Notes under the pieces: generated by a model
Seen by the model: the letters and a program-made list of their open reading frames with translations, nothing else
Databases searched by the model: none
Told to the model about the DNA's origin: nothing
Shown here: one piece after another, positions 1-9,485 of the stretch
Numbering within the stretch: the first letter of the stretch is position 1
Layout of the letters: each line of letters starts with the position of its first letter
Program-made: the position numbers and the translations under genes
Virus record (IMG/VR): IMGVR_UViG_3300005805_000119
Span: 1 to 51,744 of that record
Strand: one strand, 5' to 3'
DNA from: a virus
Taxonomy: Duplodnaviria > Caudoviricetes
DNA length: 51,744 nucleotides

Positions 1-504
1 ATTGAATGACATACCACGAACTGCAGAAGCAGAAGTAGAAGCAGCCAAGATCTTACTTCCATTCTCAAGTTCAAGAGAACCTTTGTTCCAAGAGATGATT
101 CCTTGTTGCATCCACTTTGGTAAATTTTCATATGCTGTCTGCAATCTATCTAATAGTTCTCTAGCAGTTGCTGCTTTGTTTGCTAGGATACCTATGTTCA
201 CATTATCGTTAAACACGGCATAATGGAGCAGGAAGGACACTACAGTGGTTGATTTACCAGTCTGTCGTGGCATCTTGCAGATATTGAATCTGTGATTATG
301 GAAGTTATTAACTAACTTCTCTTGAAAAGGATACATCTGAAAAGGTTGTAGTCCCTTGTCCAGAGTCACAATCTTCACATAGTTCTTTGCAAAATAAACA
401 GGATCCTCTTTACACTTTACAAACTCAAGAATTTGATCTTGAGTAAACTCAATCGGAGTATTTGCTTTTTTTAATAGTGGATTGCCAAGATATACATCAC
501 TCAT
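1..504 (-). CDS. gp17: Terminase large subunit, N-terminal part (runs off the window edge)
   Basis: Not in the ORF track. Manual translation from the ATG at 504 gives MSDVYLGNPLLKKANTPIEFT...KMPRQTGKSTT...ILANKAATARELL...WNKGSLELENGSKILAASTSASAVRGMSFN, with Walker A RQTGKST typical of T4 gp17. AGGAGA RBS upstream. Confidence 0.96.
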   Translation of the reverse strand, partial: MSDVYLGNPLLKKANTPIEFTQDQILEFVKCKEDPVYFAKNYVKIVTLDKGLQPFQMYPFQEKLVNNFHNHRFNICKMPRQTGKSTTVVSFLLHYAVFNDNVNIGILANKAATARELLDRLQTAYENLPKWMQQGIISWNKGSLELENGSKILAASTSASAVRGMSFN

Positions 505-514
505 AATAAATCTC

Positions 515-1819
515 CTATGTTAAATCATAATAACCCAAAGAACCGATGATATCTCCAGTTCCACTAATAGTTCTTGCAGCAACTGTAAAAATATCACTGA
601 CTCCTGCTTGAGTAGTTCCTAATTGAAGTGCCCAATTATATTCTTCAACAATTGTAAGAGAACCAGAAGATTGATTTGCTCCAAATGTATATGAAGTATT
701 AACAATTTTTCCACCACTCAATGCAGTTGCAGTAATATCATATTGAGTATTATCTGTTGTAGAATCTGGAACTGATGTGAATGCTGCACCAGTTAGAGAT
801 GCGTTTCTAATCAGTGCTACTTCATATCCAACATTATTAGACATTGGAAGTGCTCCCCACTGTTTTGGAATAACCACTGCAAACTCTCTTCCAGGTGTTA
901 AACGAATAGAAACCAAAGGCACAAATGTAGTTCCAACAAGTTTTGTTGTAGTCATTCTTGCAATCGTTTCTACCTTCTTTCTTTCATATCCACCATTAAT
1001 TTGAACTGACGAACAAATTTGTTTCATCGTTGAAGATGAAGTTGTAATTCCAGTATTGAATATCTCATAACGAAGTGGAAGTGTTGCAGTTCTCATATAC
1101 ACACTATCAATACGATTTGCGTGGTCAAATTGATGTGCTGTAATAAACTTTCCGTCAATCGCAAATCCAACTCTTACAGAACCAACACCCAACCATTCAT
1201 ATTCAGTAAAAAGAATTTGTGCCTTTGTTAAATCTAACTGAACACCACTTGGATTACTTGTGCTAAATCCAGTCCCATCAAGTGTGTCGTGATTCCATTC
1301 AGATTGTGGAATTCTTACAGTTGTTCCTACACCAGATACTGGTGTTCTTTTGATGATATTAATTTGAGAACCTACCTGTTCCAAGAAGATTCCATTTAAT
1401 GTAGAACCATATCCAACAATTTGAGTTAGATTTTCTTGAGGTTGATTAAGAACAAATGTTTGAAGAACTTGTAATGATTTTCCTGGTTGATATGAAAATG
1501 CTCTTTTACTTTGACGAACTAAACGACATCCTGCAGTAGTTCCAATTCCAAGAGTTGCGGAACTTTGTGCGGTAATAAATCCGACAGTAGAACCAGTTCC
1601 AACAACTACATCATCAAAATCTCCGTCCTGATAATAAATGTGAGAAGAGTCAAAAAGTGTAAGTGGATTGGAAACTTTTAAACGACCAAAAAGATCTCCT
1701 GAAAATCCTTGTCCTAAGTCGTCATAGATATTTCCATACTTATCTGCACGACAAAAAACCTCAAAGAGAGATCTTTCTTGATTTAGATAATCTTGTGTAG
1801 TTTTATTCCACTGTGCCAT
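515..1819 (-). CDS. Probable virion structural protein, beta-rich, function unknown
   Basis: 434-aa Gly/Thr/Ser-rich ORF in the late operon between gp16 and gp17. Confidence 0.6.
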   Translation of the reverse strand: MAQWNKTTQDYLNQERSLFEVFCRADKYGNIYDDLGQGFSGDLFGRLKVSNPLTLFDSSHIYYQDGDFDDVVVGTGSTVGFITAQSSATLGIGTTAGCRLVRQSKRAFSYQPGKSLQVLQTFVLNQPQENLTQIVGYGSTLNGIFLEQVGSQINIIKRTPVSGVGTTVRIPQSEWNHDTLDGTGFSTSNPSGVQLDLTKAQILFTEYEWLGVGSVRVGFAIDGKFITAHQFDHANRIDSVYMRTATLPLRYEIFNTGITTSSSTMKQICSSVQINGGYERKKVETIARMTTTKLVGTTFVPLVSIRLTPGREFAVVIPKQWGALPMSNNVGYEVALIRNASLTGAAFTSVPDSTTDNTQYDITATALSGGKIVNTSYTFGANQSSGSLTIVEEYNWALQLGTTQAGVSDIFTVAARTISGTGDIIGSLGYYDLT

Positions 1820-1822
1820 AAA

Positions 1823-2143
1823 TTAAATCCAATCTAATTTTGCGGGATGATATCTCTTATCATCTTTTATTCTCATGGAACCTTTTGAGTTCTCGTTAAC
1901 GTATATATGATGAACAATTGAACCCGGATATTCGTCTTGAAGATACTGAGTTAATTCATTTTTTGTTGGAATACCATTCTCAGTTACCATAGAGATTCTA
2001 TGAATATTGCCCATGTAAACAATATCAGCAGAGAATTCTTCTGTTTGAGGTTCTTGATGATTATTGCCACCAACAATCAGAGTTCCGTTAAAATCTCCAG
2101 AGATGTTGATGCTTTCTGATAAGAATTGTTTGAATGATTTCAT
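1823..2143 (-). CDS. Putative capsid-internal protein with a capsid-targeting-like N-terminus
   Basis: Starts MKSFKQFLSE, resembling the T4 internal-protein capsid targeting sequence MKTYQEFIAE. Its core matches a module of the upstream 609-aa ORF (shared YPGSxV motif). Confidence 0.6.
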   Translation of the reverse strand: MKSFKQFLSESINISGDFNGTLIVGGNNHQEPQTEEFSADIVYMGNIHRISMVTENGIPTKNELTQYLQDEYPGSIVHHIYVNENSKGSMRIKDDKRYHPAKLDWI

Positions 2144-2144
2144 C

Positions 2145-3974
2145 TTAGTTACAGTTCCAACGACGAAGTGCTTTGTTAATTCTTGAATCAGGATCTCTTG
2201 CAGTTTCGGCAGAAGTCAATCTTTTTTTCATCCCGGTCATACGTCGGCAAAATGATTTTCTTCTTTCTGCTCTTTTTCCTGATGGATTCTTTTCAGTTAC
2301 TGCAGTCTGCAATTTTGATCCTGGATTTTCTTTACGATATGCATCGACTGCTTTCTGACTTAATCCATCAGTTTTATCTTTACGATTTACCGACTGCCAA
2401 TCTTCAGTGTGAACAATTGGTTCTCCTGGTTGATATTCTGCTACATGATAAGATTGAACTCTTGATCCTGGATATACTTTTTCAATTTGATCCTGAACAT
2501 CTCTTCTACTTGGGAGAGATGTTTGTGCGAAGAACATCTTGAGTGAATAGTACTTGCCTTTCCAAGTCAACATTACATGAATTAAATTTCCAGTCTTTGC
2601 TGGCATTCTTACTGCTTCTTCAAGTTCAGTCTCTTCACTTACAGACTTCCAACCACCACCTGCTTTTTTGTATTCTTTTGCTGCCCAACCATTTGCATAT
2701 GCAGAAGGATAAACATCAAACTTTGCCTTTGCTCTAGACTTCATCTTGGACCAAAGAGCAGGATTTGTTGGAACGTTTTTCTCTTCAAGATTTTGAAGTT
2801 CTTCTTCTCCCACAATCTGTTCAAGAATTTTACCAACCATTCCTGTATGCTCAGGAACACAATTTGGAACCATTTTCTTTCCTTTCTTTTTCATTCCTAC
2901 TTGTTTGTATCCAACCCAACATGGTCCCTTTGATTCTTCAATATCATGTTCTCCACTATCAATATAATCTGCTGCACTATCCAAGTAGTCTGCTGCTTTA
3001 GTAATTTTTGATTGCACCCATGCTTCAATATTACCTTCTCCCTTACCCATTTTTTTCTTAAGTCTTTTGGCAGCACTCATGATTGCGGAGAGTTCTGATC
3101 TTGCCATTGAATGCTCATGATCTTTCTCTTCATTTGTTGGATGAAGTTGTGCAATATCATATTTCATTTGACTCGTAACAACTGATGTGGGTAATGAAAA
3201 TAATGACCAATATTTTGGTCCATATTTACACTCCATTTTAGTTTCATTTTTTTGGCACTTTGGACAAAATCTTTTTTCGTTTGCAGAAAACATGGGCCCA
3301 TTCCAATCCGGAAGAGATGAATCATGAGTTTCTTCTTTAATTTTGTTGGATACCATTTTTGGTTTTCCTCCCTTTCCTGGACGATCTGCCACTGGGTCTG
3401 CTTTTCTTTTTCTTCTCACTGCAGCAGCAATTTGATTCTTAGACATTTTTGCTGCCTTTTCTTTTGAAAGACATTTTGGTTTTGGCTCACCAGGTTCACG
3501 CGCACATTTGCCAATTCTTTCACCTTTTGTATTATATCTATCCCATCCACCACCACCTACTCCACCTTCACCACCAGTTCCAAACCATTTGCGAAGATCC
3601 TCATTCACTCTTTTTTTACGTCCTTGGCAGTGAGCTCTTTGAGAAAACCCTTTTGGATTATCACAATCAATTGATTTTTTATATTTCTCACTCCAACCTT
3701 CATAAGCCATACCTCTTTTAGTATGCTTAATCTCACCTTTTTGTTTTGCAATTAAAGTTTTGGAGACTTTTCCAAAATCTTTAATAGGATTTTCATCAGG
3801 AACTGCTTTTTTTGGATTATCATAAACATCTACATCTCCATCAGCATCACGATCAACATACTGAACTGAAGCATGATGAACTAAATGTTTTATATCAATA
3901 TTTGGATCAAGCTGGTGTTGCTTTTTTCCAAGATGAGGTGTTTTATGAGTAAATTTGGTGAACTTGGGTTCCAT
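2145..3974 (-). CDS. Modular basic polyprotein-like late protein (candidate head-internal protein)
   Basis: ATG at 3974 (the track starts at TTG 3977). About 9 short Lys/Arg-rich, often Cys-paired modules separated by acidic hydrophobic-x-E linkers. Late promoter directly upstream. Confidence 0.7.
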   Translation of the reverse strand: MEPKFTKFTHKTPHLGKKQHQLDPNIDIKHLVHHASVQYVDRDADGDVDVYDNPKKAVPDENPIKDFGKVSKTLIAKQKGEIKHTKRGMAYEGWSEKYKKSIDCDNPKGFSQRAHCQGRKKRVNEDLRKWFGTGGEGGVGGGGWDRYNTKGERIGKCAREPGEPKPKCLSKEKAAKMSKNQIAAAVRRKRKADPVADRPGKGGKPKMVSNKIKEETHDSSLPDWNGPMFSANEKRFCPKCQKNETKMECKYGPKYWSLFSLPTSVVTSQMKYDIAQLHPTNEEKDHEHSMARSELSAIMSAAKRLKKKMGKGEGNIEAWVQSKITKAADYLDSAADYIDSGEHDIEESKGPCWVGYKQVGMKKKGKKMVPNCVPEHTGMVGKILEQIVGEEELQNLEEKNVPTNPALWSKMKSRAKAKFDVYPSAYANGWAAKEYKKAGGGWKSVSEETELEEAVRMPAKTGNLIHVMLTWKGKYYSLKMFFAQTSLPSRRDVQDQIEKVYPGSRVQSYHVAEYQPGEPIVHTEDWQSVNRKDKTDGLSQKAVDAYRKENPGSKLQTAVTEKNPSGKRAERRKSFCRRMTGMKKRLTSAETARDPDSRINKALRRWNCN

Positions 3975-3998
3975 CAAATACTATCAAGGATCTTTTTA

Positions 3999-4005
3999 TA
4001 TTTAT
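3999..4005 (-). promoter_or_regulatory. T4-type late promoter ATAAATA
   Basis: tatttat on the + strand, about 25 bp upstream of the 609-aa ORF. Confidence 0.7.
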
Positions 4006-4009
4006 TACT

Positions 4010-5728
4010 TTAAATTTCTATTGCGGTGAATATAACCTTAAATGTAGTTATATTTGAAGAACTGGGATATCCAAGTAGTCTCAGTGCTCCACCATCTACG
4101 TCTGAAGAAAAAGTTGCTATCCCAATTGGATGATTGATTGTCCCATATTCTGTCATATATGTTGTCGTACCGTCGTGAATGACATTAATTGTTGTCATGT
4201 TATAGTTAGATCCTTCAGTTATTTGAACTTGATAATTGACTGATCTATAAGTAGATGAACTTACCGACATGACCACAGATTGTCCTACTGAAGATGTAGT
4301 TAAAACACCTGATTGAATATCACCAGCAATTAATTCTAAATTAGTTGCAGAAACTGGTGAAAAAGTGAATTTACTAGAACTAGCATCATATCTTAAAAAT
4401 CTACCATCACCTAAATTGGAACTATTTACATCAGAAAGACCGAGTAATGTAGTTGATCCTCCAAAAGAGGTACTAGCAATCCCAACCCATTTTGAGTTTG
4501 CTTGATTATAAATTAGAAGTTTTCCGTCACCGGTAGTTTGATCAAAAGAAACATCGTCAAGGTCCTTAATGAATCCTGCACCACCACCTCCCATTGTTGA
4601 GAGTTGAGTTTGAATTCTATTAATGAAAATTCGATAATGTTCAGCTAGGTCATCAAGAGTTGCAAACTTTTGATCCATCGGGGTTAATGGATCCGGTACC
4701 ACTCCAATTGATTCTTTTTCTTCCGGAGGTTCTCTTAATATACTTTCTTGTAAATCTTTCTGTTCAGATTTAATGGTTTCTACAAGACCATAAAGATCTT
4801 TAATATCATTCCTTACATTTTTAATATCCTCATCATAATATTTTACTTTTGGAATATTTGATATTTCTTCTTTGAGAGTTTCAAAATAATTTAAAAGAAC
4901 CTGGTCAGTTTTTATACTATTTTCATTAAACTCTTTTAGTCTTTCTTCTAGATTATTTTTAAGTGAATTGTATTCATTTGTGATTTGCTTTTTTAATTTG
5001 CGATCATCATCTTTAAATTCTTTATGATATTCCCAAATTTTTAAAGACGATTCTCTAAGTTCTTTCCAGATTTTATTTTTTGCATCTTGAAACTTTTCAT
5101 CAATATCTTTAATTTCCGATTCAAGTTTAATCTTAGTTTCGAAATTTTTTGTTTCGTTTTCTTCGACAACTTCTCTTAAATTAATCTCTACTCTTTCACG
5201 AAGAGTTTCGATAGTATCATTAACCTTGATAAAGTCATCGTCAATAACACTAAAAGTTTTTCCGATCCAAGAAAAGTCAGGAACTTCATTTACTTCATTA
5301 ACCCATTTAGGGAAAGTTGGAATTTCTGATCTAACTTCTTGAATATTTTTTTGCAGTCTTTCAATGTCAGAGTCGTAGTATTTTATTTCTGGAATTTCTG
5401 GTATTGAAGATGCAAGTATCTGAATGGACTCACAAATATCTTCAAGTTCCTTATCATAATATTTTATTTCCGGAATATCTGGAATACTTTCTCTAACATC
5501 ATTAATTAATCGAAGAACTTCGTTGAGTTCTAAACTCTTTTCTTCTGGTACGAATTCTTCAACTAACTCTTTTATTTCCTCTTCTTCTTTTTCAACAAAA
5601 TCTTCAACAGAAGGTAATTCCTGTTCTACTTCTTCTGCTAAAAATTCCTCTATGGATGGCAATTTGTTATTTGAAAAAAATTGATCAATTGAAGGTAAAT
5701 CTTCCTTTGGCATTTTATTAGTATCCAA
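4010..5728 (-). CDS. Coiled-coil fibre-like virion protein with a C-terminal beta domain
   Basis: Acidic heptad-rich body with LPS(I/V)xxF x3 and IPx(I/V)KYYD x3 repeats, a GGGG hinge, then a C-terminal domain (IHDGTTTYMTEYGTI) also seen in gp7. The start may be ATG 5713 rather than TTG 5728. Confidence 0.65.
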   Translation of the reverse strand: MDTNKMPKEDLPSIDQFFSNNKLPSIEEFLAEEVEQELPSVEDFVEKEEEEIKELVEEFVPEEKSLELNEVLRLINDVRESIPDIPEIKYYDKELEDICESIQILASSIPEIPEIKYYDSDIERLQKNIQEVRSEIPTFPKWVNEVNEVPDFSWIGKTFSVIDDDFIKVNDTIETLRERVEINLREVVEENETKNFETKIKLESEIKDIDEKFQDAKNKIWKELRESSLKIWEYHKEFKDDDRKLKKQITNEYNSLKNNLEERLKEFNENSIKTDQVLLNYFETLKEEISNIPKVKYYDEDIKNVRNDIKDLYGLVETIKSEQKDLQESILREPPEEKESIGVVPDPLTPMDQKFATLDDLAEHYRIFINRIQTQLSTMGGGGAGFIKDLDDVSFDQTTGDGKLLIYNQANSKWVGIASTSFGGSTTLLGLSDVNSSNLGDGRFLRYDASSSKFTFSPVSATNLELIAGDIQSGVLTTSSVGQSVVMSVSSSTYRSVNYQVQITEGSNYNMTTINVIHDGTTTYMTEYGTINHPIGIATFSSDVDGGALRLLGYPSSSNITTFKVIFTAIEI

Positions 5729-5756
5729 TATACTTTGGGATTTCTCTCCCTTTTTA

Positions 5757-6194
5757 CTATTTATCGTTTTCTGTAAGTTCGTTCTTTAATAACTTAGATA
5801 ATTCTGCTGTGGATCCAACAAAAAGTGCATTTGTGACATTAGTTGGACCTTTTGATTTCTGTTCATCCAAATCTTTCAGTTTTTTTTGCAAATCCATTAA
5901 TTTTTCTGTTGCGTCAGAGACACTTTTAATCAACTGACCAGCAACTTCATATGCTCTTGGCATTTCACTTTCTTGAGCTAACTCTAAAATACCATTGATT
6001 GCCTCTTGACCCTTTTCAATTATTGAATATAAATTTCCTCTAGTATATTCATAGTCTTTTCTAATATCGTCTGATATATGAGATTTTTTATCTTGAGTTA
6101 TTTCAGTTGATACCGTTTCAACTTCTTGAGATACTATTTCTCCGGCAACATTGAATGCGTCATTCAAACTATCAAATTTTTTAGTCATTTTCAT
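5757..6194 (-). CDS. gp16: Terminase small subunit
   Basis: DYEYTRGNLYSIIEKGQEAINGILELAQESEMPRAYEVAG and TNALFVGSTAELSKLL motifs; follows gp15. Confidence 0.93.
   Translation of the reverse strand: MKMTKKFDSLNDAFNVAGEIVSQEVETVSTEITQDKKSHISDDIRKDYEYTRGNLYSIIEKGQEAINGILELAQESEMPRAYEVAGQLIKSVSDATEKLMDLQKKLKDLDEQKSKGPTNVTNALFVGSTAELSKLLKNELTENDK
5758..5764 (-). promoter_or_regulatory. T4-type late promoter ATAAATA
   Basis: Overlaps the gp16 stop, upstream of the coiled-coil gene. Confidence 0.6.
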
Positions 6195-7195
6195 AATGTT
6201 CCACTAAATCCAAAATCGTCACCAAAATCTATTAATAAATTATCTGCACTTGTAATATTTTTAACTTCCGCACCAGAAACGTGTTTTGTAATTGCAGAAC
6301 CATCTGCACCTCTTGTAACAGTTAAAGTATTGCTTGACTTAGACTTTACATACATTTCTTCTTCATCAATATAAATGTAAGTGTTTGCTGAAATGTTAGT
6401 TGCATCATTTACTGATATTATAGTATCTTCAGTTTCAAGATCTTTGGACAGGTTTGTAACAACAATTCCAGTATAATTTTTAGTTGCTCTTGGTTCTGCA
6501 CTGTAAGTAACTTCTCTGGTTGGTGTTGGTGTTTCTCCACCAGAAATATATCCAATAGAAACTTTTTTGATAATATCATCCGATACAGTCGAAGATGCAA
6601 TTGGACCAAATAGATATGTTTTTGCGGTAAATCTTAGAGTGTATATTAAAGCTCTTCTAGTACTAAAGTCACCTTCATAATCATCACTCATTGATACCGA
6701 ATTCAAAACAACAGGAATATCTCTTTTTTCTCCAATTGTAGATATTAAATCTACAGTTAATGTATATGCTGGTTGAAAATATGGCAGTATTTGCTCTATT
6801 ATTTGGAGCATATCATCATTTAATTTAGTAAAAATACTAAGTTCAAAATCTAAATTATACGGAACTGGTAAATATGTTTTTGTTATTTTAGTTCCATCAC
6901 TTTTTAAACCACTTAAAAATGTTTGAGTGGTGGTTGATTTTCTAGAAGAATCGTAGGTTATGCCCACCAATTCAAATGACATTCTTGGCAATGAAATTTG
7001 AATTGGTTTATTTAAGTCTGGAACTTGTTCAAGTCTTGCTAAAAATTTCTGCGTTGGTCCATAAGCCAAAGGAACTCGAATTGCACTTACTGTTTGATCA
7101 GAATCATTTTTATGTTTAATAGAAACTTCATTAAATAAACTTCCAAAAGAAATCACCGTTTTTCTAATTATTTCGTGATAAAAGTATTCAAACAT
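6191..7195 (-). CDS. gp15: Tail sheath stabiliser / tail completion protein
   Basis: MFEYFYHEIIRKTVISFGSLFN, VPLAYGPTQKFLARL, LPRMSFE, QIIEQILPYFQP, DDYEGDF motifs. Confidence 0.95.
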   Translation of the reverse strand: MFEYFYHEIIRKTVISFGSLFNEVSIKHKNDSDQTVSAIRVPLAYGPTQKFLARLEQVPDLNKPIQISLPRMSFELVGITYDSSRKSTTTQTFLSGLKSDGTKITKTYLPVPYNLDFELSIFTKLNDDMLQIIEQILPYFQPAYTLTVDLISTIGEKRDIPVVLNSVSMSDDYEGDFSTRRALIYTLRFTAKTYLFGPIASSTVSDDIIKKVSIGYISGGETPTPTREVTYSAEPRATKNYTGIVVTNLSKDLETEDTIISVNDATNISANTYIYIDEEEMYVKSKSSNTLTVTRGADGSAITKHVSGAEVKNITSADNLLIDFGDDFGFSGTL

Positions 7196-7216
7196 GTTAA
7201 GAATTCCTTATATTTC

Positions 7217-7242
7217 TATTTATTATCAGATAAGTTATTTAT
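7217..7242 (-). promoter_or_regulatory. Two T4-type late promoters ATAAATA
   Basis: tatttat at 7217-7223 and 7236-7242, upstream of gp15. Confidence 0.65.
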
Positions 7243-8618
7243 GGCATCCCAAAAGGATTGTCTTGAGAGAAATCTAATATAGCATCTGCTTCTGATTCAA
7301 TAGTATCATTTTGTGCATAACTATCATTTGTATTAAATGATGAAACTTTTCTATATTGATAAGTTGCTCCAGATTCTGCTCCAGTAATTGTTTCCCCACT
7401 TACAAAAGATCCAGTTACGTTTGAAATTTCTAAAATATTTGTTAAATTATTCCAAGATTTTACTTTTGCTGTTGATCCACTTGTAGATCCAGTTATAGTT
7501 TCGTTTACAAAATAATTTCCAGTTCCTGATATATAAGGAGATGAAATGGTAATAGTTGGTGCTTCTGTATATCCAAGTCCAGAATTAGTAATTCCAATTT
7601 GCGTTATGATACCCACTGAATTTAAGTAAGCAATAGCTGTGGCAGTCGTTCCTGCTCCAGGTGGAGACGAAAAAGTTATAGTTGGTGTTGTAGAATATCC
7701 AGAACCACCAGAAACAATTGTCACTATACCAACAACACCATCACCTATAGTTGCGGTTGCAGCTGCACCAACTCCTCCACCCCCGAAAAATGCTACAGAT
7801 GGGGGAACTGTATACCCATATCCAGCATTAATAACATCAACTCTTTGAACTTTTGAAGAGGTTGTTCCGTTACAATCAACCAATCCACTAATCATTGAGG
7901 CAACTCCAACTGCTGTGAGACCTCCGGATGGTGCTGAAGAAATAGCAACTCTTGGAATACTGGTGTATTTTTCTCCTCTATTTGTTATAGTAATAAATCT
8001 AACTCCACCATTAACTATTCCTGCAATTGCTGTAGCAGTAGATCCAGAACCAATTAAAGTCAGTGATTCAATATATCCAGATTGATTTACATTATCATCA
8101 ATTTCCTCTACACCAGTATCAATTTCTTCATCCTCATATCTAAAGAGTTCGCACTTTAATTCATAAACATATGTTTTTTGAAGTTGATAAAATGGTTGTT
8201 CATGTTCAACAAATTTAATTTCAAATAATCTATCTCCCAGTGGAAAATAAATTAAATCACCTTCCTTTGGTCTAGTTGCTAGTTCAATATCAGGAATATT
8301 TTTTATAAGTGGTGTAATATAAGTCTCAAATCTTTCTTTTGAAATTGTTAAAGTCAAATCTGATAATGGTTGTATACCAAATTTTGATAGTATTGTTCCC
8401 TGCCCTTCATATCCATCATAGTTATTAACATAAGCTTCTATTGGGAGGGCATTATCAAACTTGGATTCTATTACTTCTTTAATGATTGTATTTGTTGTAA
8501 TGTATCTTCTTGGAATATAATAAATTTCAACTCCATACATTCTAAGTTGTTCATTGATTAAACTTTGAACAAGTGATTGTTCTCCAGAAGATCCTTGTAG
8601 AAAAAATGGATTGAGCAT
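7239..8618 (-). CDS. gp14: Neck protein with a Gly-rich internal insertion
   Basis: MLNPFFLQG, YGVEIYYIPR, RPKEGDLIYFP, FEIKFVEHEQPFYQL and terminal DFSQDNPFG; between gp13 and gp15. Confidence 0.94.
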   Translation of the reverse strand: MLNPFFLQGSSGEQSLVQSLINEQLRMYGVEIYYIPRRYITTNTIIKEVIESKFDNALPIEAYVNNYDGYEGQGTILSKFGIQPLSDLTLTISKERFETYITPLIKNIPDIELATRPKEGDLIYFPLGDRLFEIKFVEHEQPFYQLQKTYVYELKCELFRYEDEEIDTGVEEIDDNVNQSGYIESLTLIGSGSTATAIAGIVNGGVRFITITNRGEKYTSIPRVAISSAPSGGLTAVGVASMISGLVDCNGTTSSKVQRVDVINAGYGYTVPPSVAFFGGGGVGAAATATIGDGVVGIVTIVSGGSGYSTTPTITFSSPPGAGTTATAIAYLNSVGIITQIGITNSGLGYTEAPTITISSPYISGTGNYFVNETITGSTSGSTAKVKSWNNLTNILEISNVTGSFVSGETITGAESGATYQYRKVSSFNTNDSYAQNDTIESEADAILDFSQDNPFGMP

Positions 8619-8622
8619 ATGA

Positions 8623-9456
8623 CTATCCTATCATATCTAGAGGAGGTAATTCATATGTGTTAGACATTTTTTCCATTATGATGTCAAGTTCTCTTTGTGC
8701 ATCATCATACATTTGTCTTCCATTAAGCTCAACACCACCAGGAAGTTTTACTCCTTGAAACTTAATTAAGTTTTGACCCCATTGTTTTTTAATTAGTGCG
8801 GTCACATACATTTTTAAGAAAGAGTCGTTCCAAACTCTTGTATAATCATTAGGGTCCATTGTTCGGAAACAATCTATAATTAAGTAGTTACCAACTGATA
8901 CACTTCCCCAGTCAATATCTAAATATAATCGATCTTGTCTTTTATTAAACCTTATTTGTTTTTCCGTAGTTAAAAGAAAATTAATATCTTCCAAATACGT
9001 TTTTACCATTGCATAAGTCAATAATTCAGTTGATCCCCAATAGTAAATATCGTTTAAAAATAATTGATATTTTACACTAAACATATTGTTTGTTATTGAG
9101 TTGGTTCCATCAAATTGAAACACTTTTGTTACTCCAATAACAGAAGGAGGAACTGGTAAATAATTACTATTTTCAGTAAATTGAAAAGAGGTAGTATTTC
9201 CAACGTTTTGATTTACTGTAGTGGTGACAATACCAACACCGTTTGTTGCATTTCCTCTATCAATATCATCCTGTGTTATTTGATATTTCATATATGTTTG
9301 ATAAACACCATCAAAATGCCTTTCTTGAAAAAATTGAATGGCATCATCAACTAGATCTTCTATTTGCTCATCTGCTACGTTAATTTCTAAAACTGGCGCG
9401 CCAAGTTTTCTCTTGCAATAATCTATTAATTCTTGTCTGCTTGAGGGTTGCGCCAT
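8623..9456 (-). CDS. gp13: Neck protein
   Basis: LIDYCKRKLGAPVLEINV, WGQNLIKFQGVKLPGGVELNG, YELPPLDMIG. Confidence 0.96.
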   Translation of the reverse strand: MAQPSSRQELIDYCKRKLGAPVLEINVADEQIEDLVDDAIQFFQERHFDGVYQTYMKYQITQDDIDRGNATNGVGIVTTTVNQNVGNTTSFQFTENSNYLPVPPSVIGVTKVFQFDGTNSITNNMFSVKYQLFLNDIYYWGSTELLTYAMVKTYLEDINFLLTTEKQIRFNKRQDRLYLDIDWGSVSVGNYLIIDCFRTMDPNDYTRVWNDSFLKMYVTALIKKQWGQNLIKFQGVKLPGGVELNGRQMYDDAQRELDIIMEKMSNTYELPPLDMIG

Positions 9457-9478
9457 TTATCTTATTTAACTTTTAAAA

Positions 9479-9485
9479 TATTTAT
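9479..9485 (-). promoter_or_regulatory. T4-type late promoter ATAAATA
   Basis: Upstream of gp13, overlapping the previous stop codon. Confidence 0.6.

Noticed and set aside
505-5756. Separation of gp16 and gp17 as a novel rearrangement
   Set aside because: Intervening genes between the terminase subunits are common in T4-like cyanophages; only their content is flagged.
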